DNA of 64,000 nucleotides. It comes from Phoronis australis (lineage: Eukaryota > Animalia > Phoronida). Positions 1 to 12,723 of this stretch are shown here, in pieces. The notes under the pieces were generated by a model. The model made no database searches. It was given only the letters and a program-made list of their open reading frames with translations, and was not told the DNA's origin. Within the stretch, counting starts at the first letter, position 1, and every line of letters starts with the position of its first letter. A program made the position numbers and the translations under genes. The stretch is from the NCBI GenBank assembly GCA_002633005.1, contig NMRA01000962.1, positions 11,672 through 75,671 on the forward strand, read 5' to 3'.

Positions 1-352
1 GAAAAATTATAATGTTTCAACCCGTAGTCATGAAAACACAGCCTGGCTGGCCCATTCTTCGGTCGTTACTATGATGCTTAACAACTGACCGACATGCGAC
101 AAAATACGATCTAACTTTTCGAAAACATTTATAAATTTTACACGGACATATTTTGCTTCGTCGCGGCAACGACCCAACGCTTCCGAATCTCGACGTCTGT
201 AGAGATTGTGAAGCAGACAGTTGTGTGTCCGTATTTTTTTCTGGCCGTTCGCGGAACAACAGGGTTTGAAACACAGAACTATGCCGATAAGCTAACACAG
301 CATCGTAGCGAGCCTCGTTTTGGAATGTGCATCCTGTCGGCGTGAATAGGGT

Positions 353-1359
353 CTATGTATACAATTATGTTTCTACCAATTGTAGTGAATTGTGTTCTCA
401 GGAGGGAATTTTGGCGAGAATGAAGGCATCCGTTTCAAAACGCGTTGAATACGGAAAAGTAGTTCTTCCATATCAAACCTCACAATACGACCCGTATTTC
501 GTAGCCATACCATCACGCGTAAAGGGTAATCACTTTCATCTGGCATTCCATCACGTTAGTGTCTGCGCTACGCACACCCAACTCGAAACCAGGGATTCGT
601 GCATTTGTGCGGGAGAACAATCGGTAAACCAACCCTTAAACAGGTTGGAAGTCCGTTCTTATTCATACAAATCACACTCGAATTTCTAATCAAATCTTAA
701 CCTGCACACGTCGAAATTGCGATCGCGTGAACACATTTCTTTGCAGAAGTGAAAAAGCGAATGTAACTGCACGGAAATCAAGCCCTCGGAAAGTTTAATT
801 CAGTCGACGCTTCGACGTCTGACTATTCAATTGTCACTCCGCCATTTGCGTTTTTGTGACCTCGTGAACTGACACATTCACTTGGCTGATTGGCTGGCAT
901 TCGGGTCACAACATGACGTCATTAGGTCAAAATCTGAGAAAAGCATGACAGTTTTGAGACACCCACTTGGGGCAACAAAATACAGGAAAATTGAATATAA
1001 TACTGGAATTTGTTTACTTGAGTTAGTGACGTTGCGTCCGTCTCTCACGGACTTCAGCTTGCAAAGTGATGTTGTTATTATTCTGGCTAATACGTGGCGT
1101 ACTAACCAGACGGTGCGGCGTTGAGGTCAGGGTGTTATCCCATCAGTGTGATAGATGAAACCTTATTCTACCTCGCATATTTCGAGAGGGAAGAGCTTCC
1201 ATGACATCCCTTCTGAACCAATCTTCCTCACAGTCTAGGGTAGTGACATCATCAGTATTGAACTTAAGTCTTTATAGTGCCGCATAGGTGGCTAAAAATA
1301 GCCGAGTCATACGTGTTCCCTGTAACTAGAGCGACGACGTTGTGACATTCGCATTGTTA
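353..1359. repeat. ~1-kb segment duplicated at 4587-5592 (copy A)
   Basis: Colinear and near-identical (~98% by eye) to 4587-5592 from CTATGTATACAATTATG to GCATTGTTA. ORFs 882-1124 and 5116-5358 are near-identical translations. Confidence 0.9.
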
Positions 1360-1360
1360 A

Positions 1361-1449
1361 GGCCCAGTCACGCAGCCGATCACGCATGAATCACTCATAC
1401 AACACGCACAAATTCAATTTGTGCGTGTTTTGATCGTCGAGAAATTGAC
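1361..1449 (+). mobile_element. Possible PIF/Harbinger-type MITE end, truncated by the N at 1450
   Basis: Starts TAA|GGCCCAGTCAC exactly where homology to copy B ends. A TAA/TTA target and a GGCC terminus are typical of Harbinger MITEs. The other end is not visible. Confidence 0.35.
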
Positions 1450-1450
1450 N

Positions 1451-4227
1451 TGGGCCACATGGTAATGGTACATTGTTAATTTTGTTTAGCCACTGGATTT
1501 TTTGGTCTGACAGGATTTCTCAGTGTTGCCATCACATTAGATGATTTCTGACCACTGTACAATTCCTTTTCCTTGAAGATGCGTAATTGATCTGAATTTA
1601 TGTTTCTGCATTTTATTTACCATTATAGATTTTTGTTTGTAAATGGGTATATATTACTGAAATTTGAGACCCTGTTGCAGTTAGCCTGGTTTTGTTAACT
1701 TATCTTTCTGCCTGGGTTGTAAACCCATACTCTGTCCAGGAGGTAATATGTTTTGATTTAGACCATTTACCTCTATAAACTTTGCTCAGTTTGTTCCTTA
1801 TACAGATGGGAAGTGATTTCTGGAATTGTAGCGAATTGACAGTTTGCTATTCTTTGAGACCATGCTGTGTGTATAAAATCGCACACTGTTAGTCTGGTCT
1901 CTAGCAATTGCATATTGCCAGATCTTTCAAAGTTCTGAAATTGCTCAAAAGTGACCTGGAAGTAATACCTATTTTGTGATGGTAAAATGTTTAAATCAAA
2001 AGTTCTTTTATGTGATTTTAGGCGAGTTTATGTCCACTTCAAATGATTTTTTGTTGCAGTACTGAAAAGTATTGGCACATTAGCTCTGGTGGCTCCTTGT
2101 TTTTTTGGCGAATTGACCATTTTATGGTTCCCATGGGTAATTTTGTTACTTGTCTAGTATGTATGTACAACTGTAATCGTGGACAATTCTAATGCAAACC
2201 ATGTTGCAAAAGTATTTTTTCATGACCATTTCATTGTAAAATGCTGCCTAATTGGAACCGACAAGCCAATTTTTCATTTTGTGGTGCTTAGTTTTGATAA
2301 GAACATTGATGTGGTAAATACAGCTACCTCAAGTTTGTGAAGAAGAGATTTCCAGCGATATTGCGAAATCATTTTTTCGCAGTGAGACTACATCACCTTA
2401 AATGTAATTCCCTGACTTTATGGGCTTTGTGTGGTTGACTCTGTACTGTAGCAATTGGAGTGTTGAAAAGATCTAGAAGGCAATTTTTTATTAGAGTCAT
2501 AATATTTGCACTTTTGACTGTTCAGTTATCTTTGCATTGTATTACCAAAACATATTCTGTAGTACACAAGTCTCTGGTTGGTATTTTATATTTTTTCACA
2601 AGGAATATTTTCAACTTAGATGAGTTGTTTGTGAGGTAGGCAATTTTCAAATAAGATAAAGAATAAAATTGTCAAACATTGTTTTATTTTTTAGATGTGT
2701 GATATTCCAATAAGTGATTACTTTTAAAAAACCTGTGCAGAATTTGATTTTTACTCATCATTTAAAGGAGAATAAATCCATAAACCTGCATTGTCTTGAC
2801 ATTTTACACAAACTACAGATTACAGGGTTGGGGATTGGAATCTTAATACAACAGAGTCTGAACCCGTACCATGGGCAATACAACACAATACACGGATATA
2901 AAAGTTTGGTGTTTAGGTTCCATGGAAAGGATTCGTGTGCGCGGTAATAGCTACTAAGGTGCGTCATTGTTTGTGGATACTTTGGGATTCCTCTTCTATG
3001 GTCATCCACGGGAAACCTAGTCGCATAGAGAACAATAGATTAGCATCTTCATTGTTATAATAAAGATATAATGACGAGCACTTATCGGCAACGGTCTGAT
3101 GTACGCAAGGTTCTAAATCTATGCGACCTGTGTTGTTATATCCAACAATGACATAACAAAGGAAAACAATGATAGGACCGATGGGCGAAAAACATGCGAC
3201 GAGTTGCCACAGACAGTGGCGGAGTTTGTCTTGTCATTCGAATGTTTTTAGAGAACTGCAAACCCGGTATTTCGTCAGGAAAATTTCTGCGGTCTTTTGT
3301 TTTAAGTCGTGGGAAAAACTGCGGTCATGCCACCAAACTTATCATTCATTTGATATTACAATGCATTGCATGAACATTTGATCAACAGAAAATCTGACTT
3401 GAATACGTGTGAAGAAATACCCATGAGGAAATTGCAAAGTAAAACAACTGTAAATCAAAATAACCTACATTTGTCGAGTTCATGTCTAACCCTGTTCACT
3501 GTGGAGGACATAATCGGCTTTTTACAAAATGGAGCCATGTATGGTATTTAGGGGTACTATAGCCCTAAGTGATCAGTAGTAAAACGTTCAAAACATTCAG
3601 GAGGAACTAACTTGTTGCAAAATATCGAAAAACATGAAGGACAATCGGATTTTACGGTGCTCACGCATCGATCTCAGATATATGACAATTTCTCATTTTA
3701 GTACATTTGAGGTGCCAAAATGTATAACTAATAAACTGGCTGACAAAGTTTTTATTTTATGCAATGAAAGTAACATGTTTTGTCAACATTTTGGCTAAGT
3801 TTCATTCTCATAACAGTGGGGGCAGATTTGGTACAGCAGTGTACTGAACACAACCTCAAAATGGCATAACGGGGGGCAGTGTAGTAAAACTACTAAATGA
3901 GGGTGGTAAATCGGAATCGTGTTTCAAGACATCTGTGTAACAATCTACAGGCACCACTAAACAATGCCAAGTGAATAATAAATCAATAGCTTTCATTCAA
4001 GGAAAAATATGAACAGTTAAAACTGGACAGTTTTTATACCGTGAAAACATGGCTGCGAAACCGTAAAATGTGTTTGATCCTATAACTTTAGAAAACAAAA
4101 TATTTTGAGGAAATATTTTACCGCTGTTTATAGATCCCACAGGACTACATATGTGCCAAATTTGGTGAAAATCGGCTGACCTCCACCTTGCCGCTCATGG
4201 TTGGTGCTCTCGTGGACTAGTACTTAA
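1451..4227 (-). mobile_element. Partial copy of the TTAA-ended interspersed element; inverted relative to 37213-39982
   Basis: The reverse complement aligns with 37213-39982 over ~2.8 kb (roughly 93-95% by eye). Both copies end at the shared terminus GGACTAGTAC-TTAA. Confidence 0.85.
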
Positions 4228-4586
4228 TTACGAAAATGTCTTATGAAAACGAACAAAAAAGTGCATTATTAAAATCTACAACTTTTTAAGTGGTCTCAAA
4301 AAACAGCATTAAATTTAGTTTCAGTTCTTCCATGTGTGTTTCTCCCGAGAGTTTAATACCTAATGTGCAGACGTGCACTCCAAATTGGACCGCTAAGTCC
4401 CGCGTGGCTGCGCTGCACGCGAAAGAAGATGGCGGACGACCTTTGAAGCCTGACGGCGATAGGTATCCGGACTATACTAAGAAAAATTTTCAACAATATT
4501 TTTACTTCACTTTTTTAGTTTTGAAAACGCATATCATAGTATTGGCATGTGAAAATATTGCGCACGGAGCTGAACCTAAAGTGATG

Positions 4587-5592
4587 CTATGTATACAATT
4601 ATGTTACTACCAATTGTAGTGAATTGTGTTCTCAGGAGGGAATTTTGGCGAGAAAGAAGGCATCCGTATTCAAAACGCGTTGAATACGGAAAAGTAGATT
4701 TCCATATCAAACCTCACAATACGACCTGTATTTCGTGGCCATATCATCACGCGTAAAGGGTAATCACTTTTATCTGGCATTCCATCACGTTAGTGTCTGC
4801 GCTACGCATACCCAACTCGAAACCAGGGATTCGTGCATTTGTGCGGGAGAACAATCGGTAAACCAACCCTTAAACAGGTTGGAAGTCCGTTCTTATTCAT
4901 ACATATCACACTCGAATTTCTAATTAAATCTTAACCTGCACAAGTCGAAATTGCGATCGCGTGAACACATTTCTTTGCAGAAGTGAAAAAGCGAGTGTAA
5001 CTGCACGGAAATCAAGCCCTCGGAAAGTTTAATTCAGTCGACGCTTCGACGTCTGACTATTCAATTGTCACTCCACCATTTGCATTTTTGTGACCTCGTG
5101 AACTGACACATTCACTTGGCTGATTGGCTGGCATTTGGGTCACAACATGACGTCATTAGGTCAAAATCTGAGAAAAGCATGACAGTTTTGAGACACCCAC
5201 TTGGGGTAACAAAATACAGGAAAATTGAATCTAATACTGGAATTTGTTTACTTGAGTTAGCGACGTTGCGTCCGTCTCTCACGGACTTCAGCTTGCAAAG
5301 TGATGTTGTTATTATTCTGGCTAATACGTGGCGTACTAACCAGACGGTGCGGCGTTGAGGTCAGGGTGTTATCCCATCAGTGTGATAGATGAAACCTTAT
5401 TCTACCTCGCATATTTCGAGAGGGAAGAGCTTCCATGACACCCCTTCTGAACCTATCTTCCTCACAGTCTAGGGTAGTGACATCATCAGTATTGAATTAA
5501 GTCTTTATAGTGCCGCATAGGTGGCTAAATATAGCCGAGTCATACGTGTTCCGTGTAACTAGGGCGACGATGTTGTGACATTCGCATTGTTA
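4587..5592. repeat. ~1-kb segment duplicated at 353-1359 (copy B)
   Basis: Direct near-identical copy. More diverged fragments of the same family lie at ~5930-6180 (+) and ~24880-25040 (-). Confidence 0.9.
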
Positions 5593-5639
5593 TGGACTAT
5601 TTCGTTTCACCTATATAGCTGTCTGAGCACTAGGGGTCC

Positions 5640-5830
5640 TTACACTGAACACCATAGACTACACATGATTTATCACCCTTGGACAAGACTCCTAATGCCG
5701 CGTCGTTTAGTTAAACGCCACCTGTTTTCCAGAATAATAACCTCACTAGCCAAGCTGATGTTCGTGAGAGACGGACGTAACGTCGCTAAATAAAGTAATC
5801 AAATTCAAACATTATATTAAATTTTTCTGG
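5640..5830 (+). mobile_element. Possible Penelope-like 3'/pLTR relic with a degenerate hammerhead-like motif
   Basis: A frameshifted HDLSPxWTRLL resembles PLE GIY-YIG C-terminal tails. It is followed by CTGAT-GTTCG-TGAGAGA-CGGAC-GTAA-CGTC and AATAAA. Confidence 0.35.
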
Positions 5831-6456
5831 ATTTTTCAAAATCTGAGATTACAAGATTGCAGACGATTTGCTTCGTCGCTAAAAAGAGGCGAAATATAAA
5901 CGGTAAGACCCTAAATACATGTACGTCAAACGTAATTCCGCATGCGTTGAAGTTGCGATCTCGTTAACACATTTATCTTAAGAAGTAACAAAGCGAATAT
6001 AACTGCACGGAAATCAAGCCCTTCGAAAGAACTTTTTCACTAGAAGATTCGGCCTTTTACTTTTTGCTTTTCACTCTGCCATTTTCTTTTTTTAACTCGC
6101 GGTAAACTCATGAAGTACAGCATTCACTGGGCTCATAGGCTGGCATTCGGGTCAGTACATGACATCATTATGTCAAAAAATAAGAGCAGAAGATGGCTGA
6201 CGATTTGATTCGTTGTTGTTACAAGAGGGTAAGAAGAGGCGGAATATAACCGTTAAGACCTTTAGCGGTTTTCTAAAAGTGTCAAGGAAATTTAGTTAGT
6301 ACTACATCTAACTCACTGAAACTTATTTAAGCGCTGAGTATTAATTAACTGACCAACTACTTTCCTTACATTCTTTTGGTCTATGTCCATTCCACATATC
6401 TGTGAAAAGCGCTTCGACGGCCCTTCTGCTTTATTTAGAGCTGAGTGTTTGTTGGG

Positions 6457-7934
6457 TAGCCTTGGTGCAAGGCTGTATACTTAAAATACAACTTTGCGCC
6501 GATATGGGCAAAAACTGGCTAAATAAAATCTTACACAAAATTAGTATCATTAAAAACTACAATCTTCCTCGAGTGAACTGAACTATTTATCGATGTTTAG
6601 CGTTCAACCGTTATTCTGCTGCTAAAGTTGTGGAGCGATCTTATGCGTCAGTTTTCGGCTCCATGAAATAGAGTATCACCAATTGGCCAGTTTCATTTTT
6701 TCTGGTTACTCAATCGACTGTTCTTCTTCCACGAGGTTGCGTACATGAAACCAATAGTCAGCTCTGAGCTGAAGTACCACCAGAGAGCTTTTCACCACTT
6801 GATGAAAAGAATAAAAATCAAATTTTTAAAGAATGAGAGGAAAATTCTTGTTCAGTGTGTTAGTACTAACTTTAACATGTTTAAAAAACACAAATGGTCT
6901 TACCGAATCAAGTCGTCTACCCCGTGTTGAAAACACAAAATTACACGAAAACTTCCATGAGTCTGCGGCTTAAAATGACATACGAGGAAGTCCTACACGA
7001 GGATAATTGTAAAAAGCCATGATGCAGAGCATAGAAGCATACAGTAAAATGCCTTTTCACTGATGAACTTGCTCTGCACTACTCTCAGAAGCAGTCTGAA
7101 GCAGACCACATTTGAACAGCTAACTCATCAGAGCTGTTCACTGTGGTCAACAACACTGTTAGCTAAAACAGTTGTACATTGCTCTTATTGGCTATTTGCT
7201 GAGGTGGAAGAAGGACTGAATGGTAAAATTTGAGGATGTGTGACACTGTGCACTGTTGTGAGAGATTTAAAACTTGTAACGTTTACATAAAACCGTTGAA
7301 TTATTGAGTCAGCTAAATGGGTTGTGTAGTACAATGTGTGGGTCTCAGTGTTCCTTATAAAAATTGATTAACTAACTTTTCTTTAAGATGTTAGTAGTGC
7401 TGGCATATTTCGTAGCTACTTTAGAAAGTTATTTTCCCCTTTGGATACTCACTAACTTTGGGGAAAATGAACAATTGTCTTCGTGTTGCTCTCATAAGCC
7501 AAGCAGTGTGACAGCTTTAATACATCGCATCTGGACGCAGAAGGCTTAGCTAGGCTGACGAATCAGTTTTGTGACAATTAGGTCGTCTTCACTTGGTCTT
7601 GTGTAAATAAATGATGATTGTAACAGTGACTTACTTCATTATGCTTGCTTATTTGTGAAAGCATCATTCAAATAGTATTTTCATAAAAAGCAGTGCAGAA
7701 AATAAAATTCAAAATCTTCCTCTCAGTAAAAAACGCCTCGAAAATTCCCCTTACAAAAGGAAGGCACGGGCAACTTTCTCCTGCGAGTGAGTGAGGGCCC
7801 TGATGTTGATATTAGTTTCACAACGAGCGGAACTACGCGAGATGTGTGAAATTTTGAGGTGTACTGGAGCTTAACACAGAATGGTTGCTAGCTGTGCGTT
7901 CACGATAGTCTTCATAAAGCTAGCTGGCTGGCTA
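6457..7934 (+). mobile_element. ~1.5-kb non-autonomous DNA element with TAGCC...GGCTA termini (Academ-like ends)
   Basis: Begins TAGCCTTGGTGCAAGGCTGTATAC and ends TCATAAAGCTAGCTGGCTGGCTA. Both end regions have homologues at 55300-55910 (+) and 59700-60457 (-). The superfamily is inferred only from the TAG...CTA termini. Confidence 0.55.
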
Positions 7935-8027
7935 ATTATTGGTTAACGTGGAGAATACCGAATGAAATTGTTTGCATGCACCAATACGAAGAGAGACATT
8001 TCTGACGCAGAATGCTGCACAACTTAC

Positions 8028-9717
8028 CTCGCCTATTAATCCAATGTAGATCAAGAGATTAGGTTTTAGAAAAGCGGTGTTTCTCCAATGTGTAGCAAGC
8101 ATTTGCTTCAAAAAGATGAGTTCTCTTTCATTACCTATGCTCACTAAATGGGCACCGTCCTTTTCACATTGCATTTGCGCATAATTCCATGTAGGATGGG
8201 CGTCAAGCTGAAACTGGCGTAACGTGTAACATTTGCCGTTGGTTTGAAAATAGTTTCCACTTAGACAATCAGTTCCCAGTCTCTCAGTAGATGGCGGGTC
8301 TATTTTAATGAGCTCGAATTCGAGGGAAAATGGATATTTGCGGGCAACTGTTATTTCCACGTGGTCACTACTGACGGTATATACAACGTGCCTTCCACTG
8401 AATTCCTTGTCTATCAAGTACAAGTGTTCTGAATATTGGCCACCGCATGGGTTAGCAAAGATTCGCTCTGTCACAGACGGATAGATATTTGCATTATTAG
8501 CTGTGAAACGCAGCCGATAGTGAAAGAACTCGTGCGACCCTCCAGGACGCTTACACCGGTGATGTGTCCAATGCAGTAGCAGCCTACATACGCGTGTAGC
8601 GATATTCTTTTGCTTGAGTAGCGAAAAACGACCACAAGTTCGAGATGTTACATAAGTGTTTTCGCTACACAAAAGTTCCACGCACTGTTGTGGAAGAGGA
8701 TTGGTGACATTTTGAACCTTAAAAGCCAGTTGGGTAGGTTTCCTTTTTCCTGGACACGCGAAAATAAGTTCTGGAATCTTTTTTAGTAGTTTGTAGTTAC
8801 AAGTGGGCAAGAGGGGTGCTGGCTGTGAATAAATTCGAAAGCAATCCGTTTTAGTGTGACATTTGATCGCCTGAGACAAGTCGCTGATCAGTTGTACTTG
8901 CGACGACTTTTTCAAGTTTTTAATGGGAAAGGATTTTTGGATGGTTGTATTGTCATTCTGTTGTGGGAAGTCGAGCAGAACGATGCAAGGACGACGCGAT
9001 ACATCGATTCCGATGGTGGAGTCGGAATACACGGGAATGCAATCTGTTTCAGACACAAATGCGTTGATGCTAAGTTTGTTAGTGTTTCCACGTACATAGA
9101 ATACAACAGTCATAAAATCTTGGGTGCTGAATATCGTAGTTGGGTCAGAAGCTCTGCAAAATGGACCTCGCAGTTTATATTTGGCATTTGGAGCATTGCC
9201 GTCATAAACGGCGTACCCAAGAGCGTCGCAATCATTGTCAACATATGTCATCTTGTCAATCTTGAGCTTGACGAAGTTGTGCTTGTTTGACGCGCGGAAT
9301 ACCCACACGCAGTTCACATCTTGTTTTGGTTCCGTCAAAGCTACTTTAGTATTAGCAAATGTCACCACGACTTGTCTGTCACCTGGGTTTTTGCACTCCT
9401 CCGGCACTCTGTCTATGTGATAAAGTGATTGGTAACTGATGTTGGTGGAAACACGATCACCGGCTGAGACAGACAGATGTACCGTTAATAAAGAAGTTAT
9501 GAAACTCTGACGTCCTGCAAAAACACTGACATTTGATGACACGCCTTTTTTCTTTTCTGAATAGGTACCTCCATAAATGTGTAACTGGTATCCTGTTTCA
9601 CTGCCACCCACTTTAATTTGAGAGTGTGCTGACATGTTCCAAGTCACAGCGACGTCGTGTCCAATGGGAACAGAAATTTCCCATACAAAAATTGCGTGAT
9701 CACTTCGCTGGAAAGAG
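8028..9717 (-). CDS. Partial second copy (allele or recent paralog) of the CUB/C-type lectin exon; 5' part lost in the gap
   Basis: Open frame ~98% identical at the nucleotide level to 10144-11833. It has the same splice donor GAG|GTAAGT at 8028/8027. Confidence 0.75.
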
Positions 9718-9720
9718 GGG

Positions 9721-9781
9721 NNNNNNNNNNNNNNNNNNNNNNNNNNNNNNNNNNNNNNNNNNNNNNNNNNNNNNNNNNNNN
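9721..9781. other. Assembly gap (61 N)
   Basis: Run of N. Single Ns also occur at 1450, 17136 and 59017. Confidence 1.
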
Positions 9782-10143
9782 NTAGAGCGGGTTAAGTTCC
9801 AATTTCAGTCCGTTCACAGCTTCGCACAACATAACAAGGTCACATTTTCTTTGTCTATTCACAGTTATTCCCCGACCCATCTACCATATCTTAAGTTGTT
9901 TTAACGTTTTAAGCGTAAAATTCACCATAAGAACTCCAGTAAGTTTTAGCGTGTGTAGCAAAGACTCGGGGCAAAACAAGAGCAATATGGCGGGTTTCGC
10001 CTCCTTTCCGGTGACGTCACAGTGACTAGCGAGAAACTCGCAAGTGAGCTATTATTGGTTAACGTGGAGAATACCGAATGAAATTGTTTGCATGCGCCAA
10101 TACGAAGAGAGATATTTCTGACGTAGAATGCTGCACAACTTAC

Positions 10144-12723
10144 CTCGCCTATTAATCCAATGTAGATCAAGAGATTAGGTGTTAGAAAAGCGGTGTTTCT
10201 CCAATATGTAGCAAGCATTTGCTTCAAAAAGATGAGTTCTCTTTCATTACCTATGCTCACTAAATGGGCACCGTCCTTTTCGCATTGCATTTGCGCATAA
10301 TTCCATGTAGGAGGGGCGTCAAACTGAAACTGGCGTAACGTGTAACATTTGCCGTTGGTTTGAAAATAGTTTCCACTTAGACAATCAGTTCCCAGTCTCT
10401 CAATAGATGGCGGGTCTATTTTAATAAGCTCGAATTCGAGGGTAAATGGATATTTGCGGGCAACTGTTATTTCCACGTGGTCACTACTGACGGTATATAC
10501 AACGTGCCTGCCACTGAATTCCTTGTCTATCAAGTACAAGTGTTCTGAATATTGGCCACCGCATGGGTTAGCAAAGATTCGCTCTTTCACAGACGGATAG
10601 ATATTTGCATTATTAGCTGTGAAACGCAACCGATAGTGAAAGAACTCGTGTGATCCTCCTGGACGCTTACACCGGTGATGTGTCCAATGCAGTAGCAGCC
10701 TACATACGCCTGTAGCGATATTCTTTTGCTTGAGTAGCGAAAAACGACCACAAGTTCGAGATGTTACATAAGTGTTTTCGCTACACAAAAGTTCCACGCA
10801 CTGTTGTGATAGAGGATTGGCGACATTTTGAACCTTAAAAGCCAGTTGGGTAGGTTTCTTTTTTCCTGGACACGCGAAAATAAGTTCTGGAATCTTTTTT
10901 AGTAGTTTGTAGTTACAAGTGGGCAAGAGGGGTGCTGGCTGTGAATAAATTCGAAAGCAATCCGTTTTAGTGTGACATTTGATCGCCTGAGACAAGTCGC
11001 TGATCAGATGTACTTGCGATGACTTTTTCAAGTTTTTAATGGGAAAGGACTTTTGGATGGTTGTATTGTCATTCTGTTGTGGGAAGTCGAGCAGAACGAT
11101 GCAAGGACGACGCGATACATCGATTCCGATGGTGGAGTCGGAATACACGGGAATGCAATCTGTTTCAGACACAAATGCGTTTATGCTAAGTTTGTTAGTG
11201 TTCCCACGTACATAGAATACAACAGTCATAAATTCTTGGGTGCTGAATATCGTAGTTGGGTCAGAAGCTCTGCAAAATGGACCTCGCAGTTTATATTCGG
11301 CATTTGGAGCATTGCCGTCATAAACGGCGTACCCAAGAGCGTCGCAATCATTGTCAACATATGTCATCTTGTCAATCTTGAGCTTGACGAAGTTATACTT
11401 GTTTGACGCGCGGAATACCCACACACAGTTCACATCTTGTTTTGGTTCCGTCAAAGCTACTTTAGTATTAGCAAATGTCACCACGACTTGTGTGTCACCT
11501 GGGTTTTTGCACTCCTCCGGCACTCTGTCTATGTGATAAAGTGATTGGTAACTGATGTTGGTGGAAACACGATCACCGGCTGAGACAGACAGTTGTACCG
11601 TTAATAAAGAAGTTATGAAACTCTGACGTCCTGCAAAAACTCTGACATTTGATGACACGCCTTTTTTCTTTTCTGAATAGGTACCTCCATAAATGTGTAA
11701 CTGGTATTCTGTTTCACTGCCACCCACTTTAATTTGAGAGTGTGCTGACATGTTCCAAGTCACAGCGACGTCGTGTCCAATGGGAACAGAAATTTCCCAT
11801 ACAAAAATTGCGTGATCACTTCGCTGGAAAGAGAGGGTGCAACTAAGACCGGTGATGCAATTGATGGCTCCTTCAGTTTGCACTGGAAGTTTGATCACTC
11901 CCTGCATTGTCTTGAGAATAGTACTGGGATTCGCAATTGTATACAATAGTCTAAATCCTTTGGTGGTACCGGTATTGTCGCTTTGAAACATTACAAGCAC
12001 CCGATCTGAGTTTGGATAAAGCAGGACGTCCTCAAGGAGACCACAGTATCTACCCAACACAGCACTGTTTTCGGACGGTCCATCATAAATTATAAGCCTA
12101 TCATATACACAACTTTCTCCGGAATATTCCAGTTTTACGTATTTAAGAGTTATCACCATTTTTTCTCCCCTGGTTACTGACAACTGAGCACTACAATGAG
12201 CAAGGTTGGTATAACTTCTTCTCCTAGTAGTTTTGAACACTCCCGAATTCCCTGTCTTTTTGTGAAAACAGTAATAAGCTGGTATCAGGCTGAAAACGTA
12301 ACGATACATCAGAAACAATTTAGCTTCTGCAGATCCAAGATGTCGGAATGTAATTTGCACAGTCATCGCATCCATTATCCAGACTCGTTCCTTCAGTTGT
12401 TTATGAGAGCCACATAAGACATATTCTCGTTTTGTTTTCAGTGGGGTGGGGGATGTCATGAAACGACCTTTAGGGCGCACGCCAAACGAACGAACTTTTA
12501 TGTAAGGTCCTCTGGTGGAGTTACAAGAATCATTTTGCGACACAAAAAATTCAACAAAGAACAACTGTATTCTAAAACTTCGTGTTGGTGACATGGATCT
12601 CAATGTCCACCGAAGCTCGTTTCCTTGTAGCTTTTTGTTATACTCCGCACCAACCAAAATGTCGGCGCATGTTGTGCTTCGCACAAACATGAGAAGAAAT
12701 TGAACCTGGAAAACTAGTTTCAT
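10144..12723 (-). CDS. First coding exon (860 codons) of a secreted or cell-surface CUB x3 + C-type lectin protein; possibly the ectodomain of a GRL101-like/LGR receptor
   Basis: Signal peptide MKLVFQVQFLLMFVRSTTCA. Canonical CUB (CVYDRLIIYDG...LGRYCG...FQSD...GFRLLY) plus two divergent CUBs. CTLD N-half (KCY...TWNYAQMQCEKDGAHLVSI...IYIGL). Acceptor TTTATCTTTCAG| at 12778/12777 and phase-0 donor GAG|GTAAGT at 10144/10143. Downstream exons were not identified in the window. Confidence 0.85.

Noticed and set aside
2714-3551. Short ORFs conserved with 38117-39394
   Set aside because: The similarity reflects the DNA repeat. Stops and frames differ between copies and no protein motif is present.
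9946-10143. C-terminal 65 aa of the 950-aa ORF (and the last 31 aa of the 571-aa ORF)
   Set aside because: Read-through into the intron after a consensus GTAAGT donor. The two copies diverge completely within this stretch.
8856-11536. Plus-strand ORFs overlapping the CUB-lectin exons
   Set aside because: Antisense shadows of the real coding frame.
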